From: an uncultured virus (IMG/VR IMGVR_UViG_3300045930_000291)
Lineage: Duplodnaviria > Heunggongvirae > Uroviricota > Caudoviricetes
Direction: 5' to 3' (one strand)
Virus record (IMG/VR): IMGVR_UViG_3300045930_000291
DNA length: 64,000 nucleotides
This document shows positions 55,803 to 64,000 of this stretch, in pieces. The notes under the pieces are model-generated. The model was not told the origin of the DNA. It saw only the letters and a program-made list of their open reading frames with translations, and searched no databases. Within the stretch, counting starts at the first letter, position 1. Each line of letters begins with the position of its first letter. The translations under genes and the position numbers were made by a program.

Positions 55803-56545
55803 CCAACACCCAAACTCTCGGCGCGGCGCTGGCCATCATGTCGGTCCTGACCATCGTCACAGTCCTGATCGACGCCCGGCAGCAGCGCACCATCCGTGGC
55901 CTCGAGGCCGAGGTGAGGGACGCCAATGATTGGCAGGCCCAGTATCTGAAGGCCCGCAAGGACCAGGTCACCGCGGCGGCCGACGCGAAACGGGCCACCG
56001 AACTGCTGTTGGACCGGCAGAACCGGGTGGTCGAGTTGCAGGCCCGTGTTGTCGAGCAGGACACCGAGATGGCCGGGCTGTACAAGCTGGTCGACCTGCT
56101 GTGCGACGCGGCCGGACCCGCCGTATTGCGACCCAGGGGCCGCTACACCATTTCGGTGCTCGACGGGGTCTGGAAGTACATGGTGCTCGAGACCACCGAC
56201 ATGGGCGCCAACGGTAGGGCCACGATCCATCTGGTCCGCGAGGATGACCTCACCTGGTCATCCGACCAGGCGACGCTGCGTCGGGCAGCGGTCGTTGACG
56301 CCGACGCCACCGCCGTGCTGGACGCCATCCGTGACGATGAGCTGCCCGGCATGTGGGCGGGGGCCGACCTGATCGGCGGGCAGACCGACGTCGACGCCAC
56401 CGCGGTCCTGTCCGCCGCGATCGACCCGGGCGTGAGCGACACCACCGGGCTGGCCGTGCACCGCCAGTGCGAGCGGGCCCACGAGCGGGCCGACCACGAC
56501 CGCGCGAGTGCGTGCTCTGCCGGCCGGCGCTGCACCCGGCGGTGA
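55799..56545 (+). CDS. Membrane-anchored coiled-coil protein
   Basis: N-terminal TM + coiled coil; duplicated DATAVL. Confidence 0.6.
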   Translation: MTNTQTLGAALAIMSVLTIVTVLIDARQQRTIRGLEAEVRDANDWQAQYLKARKDQVTAAADAKRATELLLDRQNRVVELQARVVEQDTEMAGLYKLVDLLCDAAGPAVLRPRGRYTISVLDGVWKYMVLETTDMGANGRATIHLVREDDLTWSSDQATLRRAAVVDADATAVLDAIRDDELPGMWAGADLIGGQTDVDATAVLSAAIDPGVSDTTGLAVHRQCERAHERADHDRASACSAGRRCTRR

Positions 56546-56548
56546 ACT

Positions 56549-56749
56549 ATGTCAGCTGACCTGCTGCGCCGGGCGGCCGAGAAGCTCCGGCATCCGTACC
56601 TGTGCAACTGGCCCGTCGGTGTCCCGACCGCACTAGCCGACTGGCTGGAGTACGAGGCGCGGGACGCGGAGCTTGATCTCGGCTCGATCTGCGGCCGTGA
56701 GCTTGCCGTCGCGACCGCCCGCGCCATCCTGCGGGAGGAGTCGTCATGA
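56549..56749 (+). CDS. Hypothetical protein
   Basis: LLRRAAEKLR...ALADWLE. Confidence 0.6.
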   Translation: MSADLLRRAAEKLRHPYLCNWPVGVPTALADWLEYEARDAELDLGSICGRELAVATARAILREESS

Positions 56750-56937
56750 GCATCCTTGCCCTCAGCGAGCTGTCGGCCGACTGCGCCCTCGGCTACCCCG
56801 AGGCGTGCACCGACCCGACGTGTGCTGGCTACGACCACCTACCCGACCGCGACGACACACCAGTGTGGACAGACGAAGACGAGATGGCGTCGTGGCTCGA
56901 CGACGACCAGCGGCAGGAGAGGCGCGGCGATGTCTGA
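56746..56937 (+). CDS. Hypothetical protein
   Basis: Coupled. Confidence 0.55.
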   Translation: MSILALSELSADCALGYPEACTDPTCAGYDHLPDRDDTPVWTDEDEMASWLDDDQRQERRGDV

Positions 56938-57367
56938 TCACATGTACGCCGACGCCGTCATCGCCTGCGCCGACCTCGTCGGCCGGGCCGGAGCCAGCGG
57001 CTTTGAAATCGGCTACCTCCACGACGACGTACCCGTCGAGGACGCCGCCTGGTACGCGATGGCCACCTACCAGGGCACCAGACTCATGGCCGACGAACAC
57101 CGCTCCCCGACCGCCGCTGCGATGGCGCTGGCCGAACGGATCCTGGGCGGTGCCGCCTGCCGCTGCGGCCAACACGTGGCCCTGTCCGACGACGCGGCCG
57201 GTTGCCGCTGGCAGCTCATGGGCCAGAAGTGGCAGCCCGGCTGCGATGTGGCGCCGATCAGCGTGCCCGGCCCACGGGGCGACTATGCGGCCATCACCAG
57301 GGCGTACAGCGAGCAGGTCGGCAACCGCGCACAGCGGCGGGCCCGGAAGCGGGGTGGTACGCGATGA
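56930..57367 (+). CDS. Hypothetical protein
   Basis: DLVGRAGA.GFEIGYLHDDVP. Confidence 0.65.
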   Translation: MSDHMYADAVIACADLVGRAGASGFEIGYLHDDVPVEDAAWYAMATYQGTRLMADEHRSPTAAAMALAERILGGAACRCGQHVALSDDAAGCRWQLMGQKWQPGCDVAPISVPGPRGDYAAITRAYSEQVGNRAQRRARKRGGTR

Positions 57368-58524
57368 CCACCTCCATCGCTGCCCCGGTCGCCGTCACCG
57401 CCGAAGACGGCCACCGGTTCTACCCCATCGACGACGAGCAGTACTGGTCCGTCACCACCGCCCTCACCGTCCTATCCAAGGACGGCCTCACATTCTGGGC
57501 CGGCGGCCAGGCCGCCAAAGCCGCCTTCGCCGAACTCCCCAAGGTGTTGGTCGCCTCCCGTACCCGGCCGTGCGGCAACACCTACAGCCAATGCCGGTCC
57601 GGCCGCGGCGACAACGCCCACGACTGGCGCATCACCTGCTCCACCTGCCCCTGCGACCAGTGCCAGGCATGCATGACACGGTGGCTCACCGAACGGCACA
57701 TCGCCGTCCGGAACCGCCGCGCCGACGAAGGCAAACGCACCCACGCCTGGATCGAGGAATGGGTCCTGTCCGGCGGCGTCATCGCCCCGTTCCCTGACGA
57801 CATCGCCCCCTACGTGCGGGCGTTCCTCGCCTTCGTCAAGGCGTACGGGCTCACCCCGGAGTCGTGGCTGTTCAGCGAGGCCATCGTCATCAACCGTGAC
57901 GAGCGCTACGCCGGCCAGACCGACGGCGCGATCCGATTCGAGGCCACCGCAACCGACCTTGCTGCCGAGATTGTGGCGATGCTGCACCAGCAGCCGGTCA
58001 GCGTCTGCCGGCAGCAGCAGCTGTACGCCGACGTGCTGGTGGACGTGAAGACGAAGGAGGACCCGCCAGAGAAGGCGGTCAAGTTCTACGACGAAGTCTC
58101 GTTGCAGCTGAGCGGCTACGAGCATGCGCCGGTGATATACATCCGCCGTATCGGTGCCGAGGAGCCGATGCCGGCCCTGCACGGGGCGATGGCGCTGCAG
58201 CTGCGCCCGGACATGGCGGTGCCCCGGCTGTGCGTGACGGACGAGCGGACGTTCGCGGCGTTCCTGTGTGCGCTGCAGCTGTACCGGTGGCGGGTCGAGT
58301 TCGGTACGGCGTCGGTGTCGTCGCGGTCGTTCAAGGTGCCGCCGGAGCCGAAGCCGGTCAAGGCCACGACGAAACGGGCCCCGGCCAAGAAGACCGCCCC
58401 ACGCAGGACCGCGGCCGCCGCGAAGCCCGCAGCCGTCAACCCGGTGATGGCTCAGCTGAAGGCGTGGCCGAAGCAGGCCGACCCACACCCGAACTCGCTC
58501 TACCAGGACGAGGTGCCTTTCTGA
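57364..58524 (+). CDS. PD-(D/E)XK exonuclease (RecE/Cas4-like) with zinc-finger insertion
   Basis: SVTTAL, G.RTH, YAGQTD, LVDVKT, LQLSGY. Confidence 0.75.
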   Translation: MTTSIAAPVAVTAEDGHRFYPIDDEQYWSVTTALTVLSKDGLTFWAGGQAAKAAFAELPKVLVASRTRPCGNTYSQCRSGRGDNAHDWRITCSTCPCDQCQACMTRWLTERHIAVRNRRADEGKRTHAWIEEWVLSGGVIAPFPDDIAPYVRAFLAFVKAYGLTPESWLFSEAIVINRDERYAGQTDGAIRFEATATDLAAEIVAMLHQQPVSVCRQQQLYADVLVDVKTKEDPPEKAVKFYDEVSLQLSGYEHAPVIYIRRIGAEEPMPALHGAMALQLRPDMAVPRLCVTDERTFAAFLCALQLYRWRVEFGTASVSSRSFKVPPEPKPVKATTKRAPAKKTAPRRTAAAAKPAAVNPVMAQLKAWPKQADPHPNSLYQDEVPF

Positions 58525-59720
58525 TGCCCGGTCGCATACTCACACTCCAGCGGCAAGTCCGCGAACTCGGCCGCCTGCGCGCCGGCCTGTCTGTACCGTC
58601 CAGCACGCCCGGCAAGCTTCGCCCGCAGTCGTCGCCGAACTGGATCCTCACCAGCCCGAACCGGGACTACATCGACGCCGCAGCCGCCATCTGGGGCGGG
58701 CCGGTCGACCTGTGGCAGCCGCTCGGCAACGGACCCAAGGTGTGGCGCGTCATCACCGAACGCCCGAGAATCCCGGCCATCCTGCCCCCCGGCGACCCGC
58801 TCAACCAGGCATACGAGATGTGGTCGGCCGGCGGCTGTCAGCGCCGCTGCGACGGAGAAATCGAACAGCGCACCCAGCAGCCGTGCCTGTGCCGGGCCCA
58901 GTTCGGCGACGACATCCACCTCGTGCCGTCCCTCGGCCCGGACAAGAAGCCGCAACGCTGCCAGATCCACACCCGCCTGTCGGTGTTCCTGCCGGACCTG
59001 CCCGACATCGGCATGTGGCGTGTCGAGACCCACGGCTACTGGCCGAGCGTGCGGATCACCGGCTACGTCGAGTTCATCAAGGGCCAGGTAGGGACCTCGG
59101 TGATGGTGCCGATCGGGTTGGGCATTGAACCCCGGACGAAGGTCACGGATGGGAAGACGTCCCACTACGTCGAGATCGTTGTGTCGCTGTGGAATCCGGT
59201 CACGTTCGGGGAGATCGCCGCGTCGCCGCAGGTGCTGGCGATCGGCGGCCCGGCCGACGACCGCACCATCGAGGCCCCACCCGAGCGCCCCGCGATCGGT
59301 GCGGCCCCATCCAACGGGACCGGCGTCCCGGAACCGGTAGCGGCCGATGCCGTGGATTGGCTGGCCCGCTTCGCCGCGGCGTCCACGATGGACGAACTGC
59401 GCGACCTGTGGAGGCAGGCCGGCGGCGCCAACGCCCTGGATGAGGACACCCGTAAGGCGTGGCACGCAAAGGGCATGGAGCTGAAGGCGGCTGCCCGCGG
59501 TGCCGAGCCGGAGGCGGCGACGGGCACCGAACAGCAGGCGCAGGAGCCGGATCGGGACCAAGTGTGGACGGAAATCATGGGCCTGGCCGCCCAAGCCGGC
59601 TGGGCCACGGATGAGCTGATGGACCGCTTCCAGGCCGCCATGGGGGTCGAGGCGTACGACGCAGACGGCTGGACATACGAGCAGTTCCGCGACTCCCTCA
59701 AGAGCGGAGCAGTCGCATGA
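58524..59720 (+). CDS. phiC31 gp3-like (recombination directionality factor-like) protein
   Basis: ELGRLR.G, YEMWSAGGCQRRCDGE, TRLSVFLP...G.WRVETHG. Confidence 0.7.
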   Translation: MPGRILTLQRQVRELGRLRAGLSVPSSTPGKLRPQSSPNWILTSPNRDYIDAAAAIWGGPVDLWQPLGNGPKVWRVITERPRIPAILPPGDPLNQAYEMWSAGGCQRRCDGEIEQRTQQPCLCRAQFGDDIHLVPSLGPDKKPQRCQIHTRLSVFLPDLPDIGMWRVETHGYWPSVRITGYVEFIKGQVGTSVMVPIGLGIEPRTKVTDGKTSHYVEIVVSLWNPVTFGEIAASPQVLAIGGPADDRTIEAPPERPAIGAAPSNGTGVPEPVAADAVDWLARFAAASTMDELRDLWRQAGGANALDEDTRKAWHAKGMELKAAARGAEPEAATGTEQQAQEPDRDQVWTEIMGLAAQAGWATDELMDRFQAAMGVEAYDADGWTYEQFRDSLKSGAVA

Positions 59721-60529
59721 AGTGGCTCCTGGACGGCCCGCTCGGGTGCTTCGACGTCGAGTCGACCGGCATCTCGGTCGAGACGGACCGGATCGTCACC
59801 GCCACCGTCGGCCTGCTCCAGCCGGGCACGCCGTGGTCGGTGGACACCAAGTCGTGGCTGATCGACCCGGGCGTCGAGATACCTGAGGACGCCAGTGCCA
59901 TCCACGGGGTGACCACCGAGCAGGTACGCGAGCACGGCGAGAAGCCCGAGGTGGCGCTCGACGTGATCGCCGCCGACCTGGCCCGCGCGTTCCTTGCCCG
60001 CATCCCGGTCATCGTGATGAACGGCGTGTTCGACTTCACGATGATCGAACGCGAGCTTCGCCGGCACGGACTGCCCACCGTCGAGGAACGCATCGGCGGC
60101 CCGGTCCGGCCGGTCGTCGACGTGCTGGTCATCGACAAGTGGCTGGACCCGTACCGCAAAGGCGGCCGCCGGCTGACTGACCTGTGTGGACAGTACGGGG
60201 TGCGCATCGACGGCGCCCACGACTCCGCGTTCGACGCATTGGCCGCCGCCCGGGTCGCCTATCGGATCGCGCTGATGTCGCAGTACCCGCCCGAGCAGCT
60301 GGCCCAGATCTACGCCGACCGGCGCAGGCCGATGGAGGTCGTCGAGCGGTTCGCCCAGCTGGCCGAGATGAGCGCCGCGGATCTGCACGACGCGCAGATC
60401 GGTTGGCGCCGTGTGCAGTGCGACGGGCTGCGCACCTACTTCGACAGCAAGGGCATCGCCCACGACGGGGTCCGGGGCGACTGGCCGCTCATCCCAGCAA
60501 TCGCGACCGACGAGGCGGTGCTGGCATGA
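59717..60529 (+). CDS. DnaQ-like (Pol III epsilon) exonuclease
   Basis: FDVESTG, IHGVTTE, N..FDF, AHDSAFDA. Confidence 0.88.
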   Translation: MKWLLDGPLGCFDVESTGISVETDRIVTATVGLLQPGTPWSVDTKSWLIDPGVEIPEDASAIHGVTTEQVREHGEKPEVALDVIAADLARAFLARIPVIVMNGVFDFTMIERELRRHGLPTVEERIGGPVRPVVDVLVIDKWLDPYRKGGRRLTDLCGQYGVRIDGAHDSAFDALAAARVAYRIALMSQYPPEQLAQIYADRRRPMEVVERFAQLAEMSAADLHDAQIGWRRVQCDGLRTYFDSKGIAHDGVRGDWPLIPAIATDEAVLA

Positions 60530-60981
60530 TCCGCATCCCCGCCCTGTCGCTGTGGCGGCCCTGGCCCGGGCTGATCTTGCGGCACGGCAAGAACATCGAG
60601 AACCGCGGCTGGTCCACGCAGTACCGCGGACCGATGTGGATCCACGCCGCCAAACCGTGGTCCGACCTGGACGCCGAGTGGCTGCTGGAACGCGGCATCG
60701 ACCCGGGCCAGGTTGAGCCCTGGACCCCCGAGCATCCGAAAGGCATCGTCGGCCTAGTCGACGTGGTCGGCGTCTGCAACACGTGGTCCTCCAGCCTCTC
60801 GTACAGCAAGGACTGCGAGTGCGGGCCGTGGGCGATGCCGGATCAGTTCCACTGGCAGCTGGCCGACCCGCGCCCACTCCCGGAGCCGGTGCCGTGCCCG
60901 GGACGACCGGGCCTGTGGTACCCGGTCGGCGAGGTGGCCAAGGCGCTTGTCGCGCTGGCGGAGGTGATGGTCAATGCGTGA
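60526..60981 (+). CDS. ASCH domain protein
   Basis: ALSLWRPW..LI..GKNIENRGW.T.YRG..WIHAA. Confidence 0.85.
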   Translation: MIRIPALSLWRPWPGLILRHGKNIENRGWSTQYRGPMWIHAAKPWSDLDAEWLLERGIDPGQVEPWTPEHPKGIVGLVDVVGVCNTWSSSLSYSKDCECGPWAMPDQFHWQLADPRPLPEPVPCPGRPGLWYPVGEVAKALVALAEVMVNA

Positions 60982-61462
60982 ACGGTTCTGGTCCGACGAC
61001 TTCGACATGGACCTCCTCAAGGTGCTGCCCGACCTGGAGCGACGCCTCGGCGACGCTGTCGACATTCCCCTGTGGACGTACGGCAACACCACCTACGGGC
61101 GGCTCAACTGCCCGGCCGTGTGGAACGGGTACGACGGGTTCGAGGCGTACTTCGGCACCGACGATTCGGGAACCTGGAAGCCGGAGGGCAACTGGTCGTC
61201 CTGGGACACACCGGTCGTCTGCACGTGGCTGGAAGTGCTGCGCGACGTGTGGGTCCACCACTGCATCGTGCACGTTGACGGCCGGCCGGTGTGGAACAGC
61301 CAACGCCACCAAGCCGTCTTCGACCGACTCATGTACCACCTGCGGGGCTGGCCGCACGGCCGGCCGGTCGATGTGGACAAGGTGAAGGGTGAGTTGTTGG
61401 CCAGCATCCTCGCCGCCACCGCCGATCTGCGCACGGTCGTAACCGCGAAGGCAGGCGCGTGA
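60974..61462 (+). CDS. Hypothetical protein
   Basis: GGAGG RBS; Trp-rich. Confidence 0.65.
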   Translation: MRERFWSDDFDMDLLKVLPDLERRLGDAVDIPLWTYGNTTYGRLNCPAVWNGYDGFEAYFGTDDSGTWKPEGNWSSWDTPVVCTWLEVLRDVWVHHCIVHVDGRPVWNSQRHQAVFDRLMYHLRGWPHGRPVDVDKVKGELLASILAATADLRTVVTAKAGA

Positions 61463-61911
61463 TGGGCCGCCTCATCGTCTGCCGCCTCTGCGGCGAAGAG
61501 AAAGACCACAAGGCCGACGGCTGCTGCGCCACCTGCTACGCCGCCGACTACCGCGACCGCCGCGGCGACGGCGCACCCCTCGTCGACGGGCGTGGCTCGC
61601 CCGGGCTGGCCGCCATACTCGGTGCCCCCGGTGGACCAACCATGCGGCAGGTCGACAACTGGGTGCGCCGCGGCCTGCTCCGCCCCACCGTGGTACCCGG
61701 CGAAGGGCGCGACCGGTGGGAGTGGGATCCGACCGAGCAGTTCGTGGCCGTACGGATGGCTCGCCTGTTCACGGCCGGGCTGCGCGCTGACGCCGCGGAG
61801 AGGGTCGCCCGTCACCCGGCCGGGGGCCCGGTGGTGCTCGGCCCGCAGATCGTCATCTCCGTCTTCCCGCTGCGCCCCGCGGCAAACGTGGAGGAGGCGA
61901 GGGCATCGTGA
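61459..61911 (+). CDS. Zinc finger + MerR-like HTH protein
   Basis: CRLC..H...C..CY; TMRQVDNWVRRGLL.P. Confidence 0.6.
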   Translation: MMGRLIVCRLCGEEKDHKADGCCATCYAADYRDRRGDGAPLVDGRGSPGLAAILGAPGGPTMRQVDNWVRRGLLRPTVVPGEGRDRWEWDPTEQFVAVRMARLFTAGLRADAAERVARHPAGGPVVLGPQIVISVFPLRPAANVEEARAS

Positions 61912-62438
61912 GGTCAGCCTTCCTGCCACTGCTGCCGGACCAGACCTGGGTAGACCGCGCCGCGTGCCGTCCAGGTACCGACGTGCCGGCGGCCCTGTTC
62001 TCCTCCGCCACCATGCCGGCCAAAGCCGCCGCCCTGCACGTTTGTCACAACCACTGCCCGGTCGTGGCCCAGTGCGCGGCGGAGGCCGCGTCGACCGACA
62101 ACCGGTCGATCGTGATGGGCGGGGTCTCCTATAACCAATACGGCAAACCCAACGACGACCGCCGCATCGCACAGACCACATGCCCGCTGTGCACCTACCG
62201 ACCGCAGCCGTGGCCGGCGCACGGCGCGCAGTCCCGGCGTGGACGAAAAGAGACCGGACTGGATCCCTGCGGCACGGATGGCGCCTACTCGCGTCATGTG
62301 CGCCGCAAGGAGTTGATCGACGAGGCGTGCCGCGAGGCGCACCGGGCGGCCGGGTTGTTACGCAAGCAGGAATTGCGGCAGCGCTGCCGTGCCGGGCAGT
62401 GCCCGCATCCGCAGCACCGTAAGGCGGTGGCGTCGTGA
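61908..62438 (+). CDS. WhiB-family transcription factor with C-terminal extension
   Basis: W.DRAAC...LF...VC..CPV...C...(I)VMGG; C-terminal PCGT..AY.RH.R.KE..D.AC. Confidence 0.75.
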   Translation: MRSAFLPLLPDQTWVDRAACRPGTDVPAALFSSATMPAKAAALHVCHNHCPVVAQCAAEAASTDNRSIVMGGVSYNQYGKPNDDRRIAQTTCPLCTYRPQPWPAHGAQSRRGRKETGLDPCGTDGAYSRHVRRKELIDEACREAHRAAGLLRKQELRQRCRAGQCPHPQHRKAVAS

Positions 62439-62866
62439 ACCAGTACCGTCGCGGGTCAGACTTCGAACGCAAGGTCGCCGAACACCTCACCACCAACGGC
62501 TACCTCGTCGTACGGGCAGCCGGGTCGCACGGCCACGCCGACCTGGTCGCGCTCAAACCAGGTCAGGTTCTGCTGGTTCAGTGCAAGCTGACGGGGGCGT
62601 CGGCAGTGCGGCCAGGGGAGTGGAATGGCTTCTACGCCGCCGCTGTCGGGGTCGGCGCTGTTCCGCTAATCGCCTGGCGGCCGGCCCGTGGCCAGATCGG
62701 GTTTCTGCGGATGACGGCTACCAAGACCGGGGTTCAGGGTGTGCGCCCGCCGTGTGTGCCCTGGGTCGCGGACGAGATTGCTGGGCCGATCGCCGAACCT
62801 GCGTCGTCTCCGTACGTGTCCACCGTGGATGGCGGGCTGTTCGCCGTGGAGGGTGGCCCGCGATGA
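62435..62866 (+). CDS. Hjc-type Holliday junction resolvase
   Basis: Y.RG..FER, RAAGSHG.ADLVA, LVQCK. Confidence 0.8.
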   Translation: MNQYRRGSDFERKVAEHLTTNGYLVVRAAGSHGHADLVALKPGQVLLVQCKLTGASAVRPGEWNGFYAAAVGVGAVPLIAWRPARGQIGFLRMTATKTGVQGVRPPCVPWVADEIAGPIAEPASSPYVSTVDGGLFAVEGGPR

Positions 62867-63513
62867 GGTACATCATCCGGCCGCTCGGCCCGTGGCTCGA
62901 CCCGGTCACTCAGGATCGGCGTAGTGCGTCCACCTTCCGCGCCACCTGGGACGACACCCTCGCGCTACTGAGCAGCGAAGTTGAAATGCTCGGCGGTGAG
63001 GACGTCGTGCTGCAGATCGACGTCCAAGAGGGCGAACTCCGCCGCGACGGCATGCTGCGCACCAACGCCACGGTCAAGTTCCCGGGCGTACGGGTGTCGT
63101 TCACGTCGGTGCACGGTCCGCTCACGTACGCCACCGACGCCTACGAGTCCCGCTACTACGGCGGGTTGACCAGCTGGCAGGCCAACGTCCGCGCCATCGC
63201 CTTGGGGCTGCTCGCGCTGCGGGCCGTTGACCGGTATGGCATCTCGGCCCGCGGCCAGCAGTACACCGGCTGGACCGCGATCTCCAGTCGGCCGGCCGAG
63301 ATGTCCCGCGAGCAGGCGGCCGAGTTCTTGGCGCATTGGGCCGGGTTGGGCACCAGCCTCGACCTGTTCGCCGATTACCCGAACGCGGTTCACTCGGCCT
63401 ATCGAATGGCTGCGAAGCGCGTGCATCCGGACCGTACCGGCGACGACAGCGACACCATGGCCCGACTCAACGCCGCCCGCGACCTGCTGCTGAACGGAGC
63501 CCGCAATGCCTGA
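62863..63513 (+). CDS. Phage J-domain (DnaJ-like) protein
   Basis: WQANVRAIALGL.ALRAVDRYG; C-terminal AYR.AAK..HPD.....MARLNAARD. Confidence 0.8.
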   Translation: MRYIIRPLGPWLDPVTQDRRSASTFRATWDDTLALLSSEVEMLGGEDVVLQIDVQEGELRRDGMLRTNATVKFPGVRVSFTSVHGPLTYATDAYESRYYGGLTSWQANVRAIALGLLALRAVDRYGISARGQQYTGWTAISSRPAEMSREQAAEFLAHWAGLGTSLDLFADYPNAVHSAYRMAAKRVHPDRTGDDSDTMARLNAARDLLLNGARNA

Positions 63514-63886
63514 CGCTCCAACACAGCTAGCCGCCACCTGGAACCCCGACGCTGCGCTCGTGCCAGCGGAACTGGCCGACGCCCTCCACACCATGCGCGT
63601 CATCCTGCTGGCCCGCGGCTACCGCGACATCACCAAACACGGCGCGCTGAAACTCGGCGCCCGCGTCTACCACCGCGGCCACCAATGGCCGGGCGCCTCT
63701 GCCGGTACGGGCACCGTCGCCGCGGTCATGCAGCGGGACCCGTCGCCGTGGGCGCAGGCGTGGGGCCGGCCGGACGTCGAGCTCATCGTCTGGTACGACG
63801 ACGGTGGCGGCATCCTCGACGGCAAGCTGCACAGTCTGGCCGACTATCACCTGCGGGTCGCCGAGGCGGTGAGTGTGGATGCGTAG
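63506..63886 (+). CDS. Hypothetical protein
   Basis: Coupled ORF. Confidence 0.6.
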   Translation: MPDAPTQLAATWNPDAALVPAELADALHTMRVILLARGYRDITKHGALKLGARVYHRGHQWPGASAGTGTVAAVMQRDPSPWAQAWGRPDVELIVWYDDGGGILDGKLHSLADYHLRVAEAVSVDA

Positions 63887-64000
63887 CTACGACGAAGCCT
63901 GGGCCGCCGCAACCGACCGGCGACCGTTCTCCAACGGGCACCGAAGGCTACGCCTGGACCGGCAACTCGTTGCCGCTGCCCGTAGCCGAGCACGACGAGT

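Larger units (their letters stand above)
1..64000. mobile_element. Temperate tailed actinobacteriophage genome (siphovirus-like, HK97-fold capsid, tyrosine integrase), non-integrated/circularly permuted form
   Basis: Complete head-tail-lysis-integration-immunity-replication modules; phage genes on both sides of an attP-like tRNA 3' fragment; no host housekeeping genes. Confidence 0.95.

Noticed and set aside
57364..58524. cas4 as part of a CRISPR-Cas system
   Set aside because: Stand-alone PD-(D/E)XK nuclease in a recombination module; no array or other cas genes

Overview
The window is a near-complete, circularly permuted genome of a GC-rich temperate siphovirus-like actinobacteriophage. 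The host is probably a filamentous sporulating actinomycete, inferred from BldD-, WhiB-, Lsr2- and DUF2637-like genes. Gene order: early/replication genes (1-15.3 kb, including an AAA_25/RepA-like helicase followed by an iteron-rich putative origin); packaging and head genes (terminase, HK97-type portal, MuF, ClpP-type maturation protease, major capsid); tail genes (with a -1 frameshifted chaperone, tape measure and a large tail protein); lysis; a mostly leftward accessory region with structured non-coding segments; an intact attP matching a tRNA-His 3' end; tyrosine integrase; repressor/cro/xis; and recombination and early genes. The most unusual element is in the head module. Five divergent anthrax-lethal-factor-like HExGH zinc-peptidase domains are spread over three genes (one fused to MuF). 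Each is preceded by the same short peptide tag, RTYxRDxxGxF(S/A)+Gly (six copies), and a small Cys-rich candidate inhibitor gene lies among them. This looks like a modular, virion-packaged protease-effector cassette system. Other highlights are tRNA-like RNAs without an anticodon arm, a BldD DNA-binding-domain mimic and several operator arrays. All family calls come from motif recognition by eye; no searches were run. A few apparent frameshifts may be sequencing errors.
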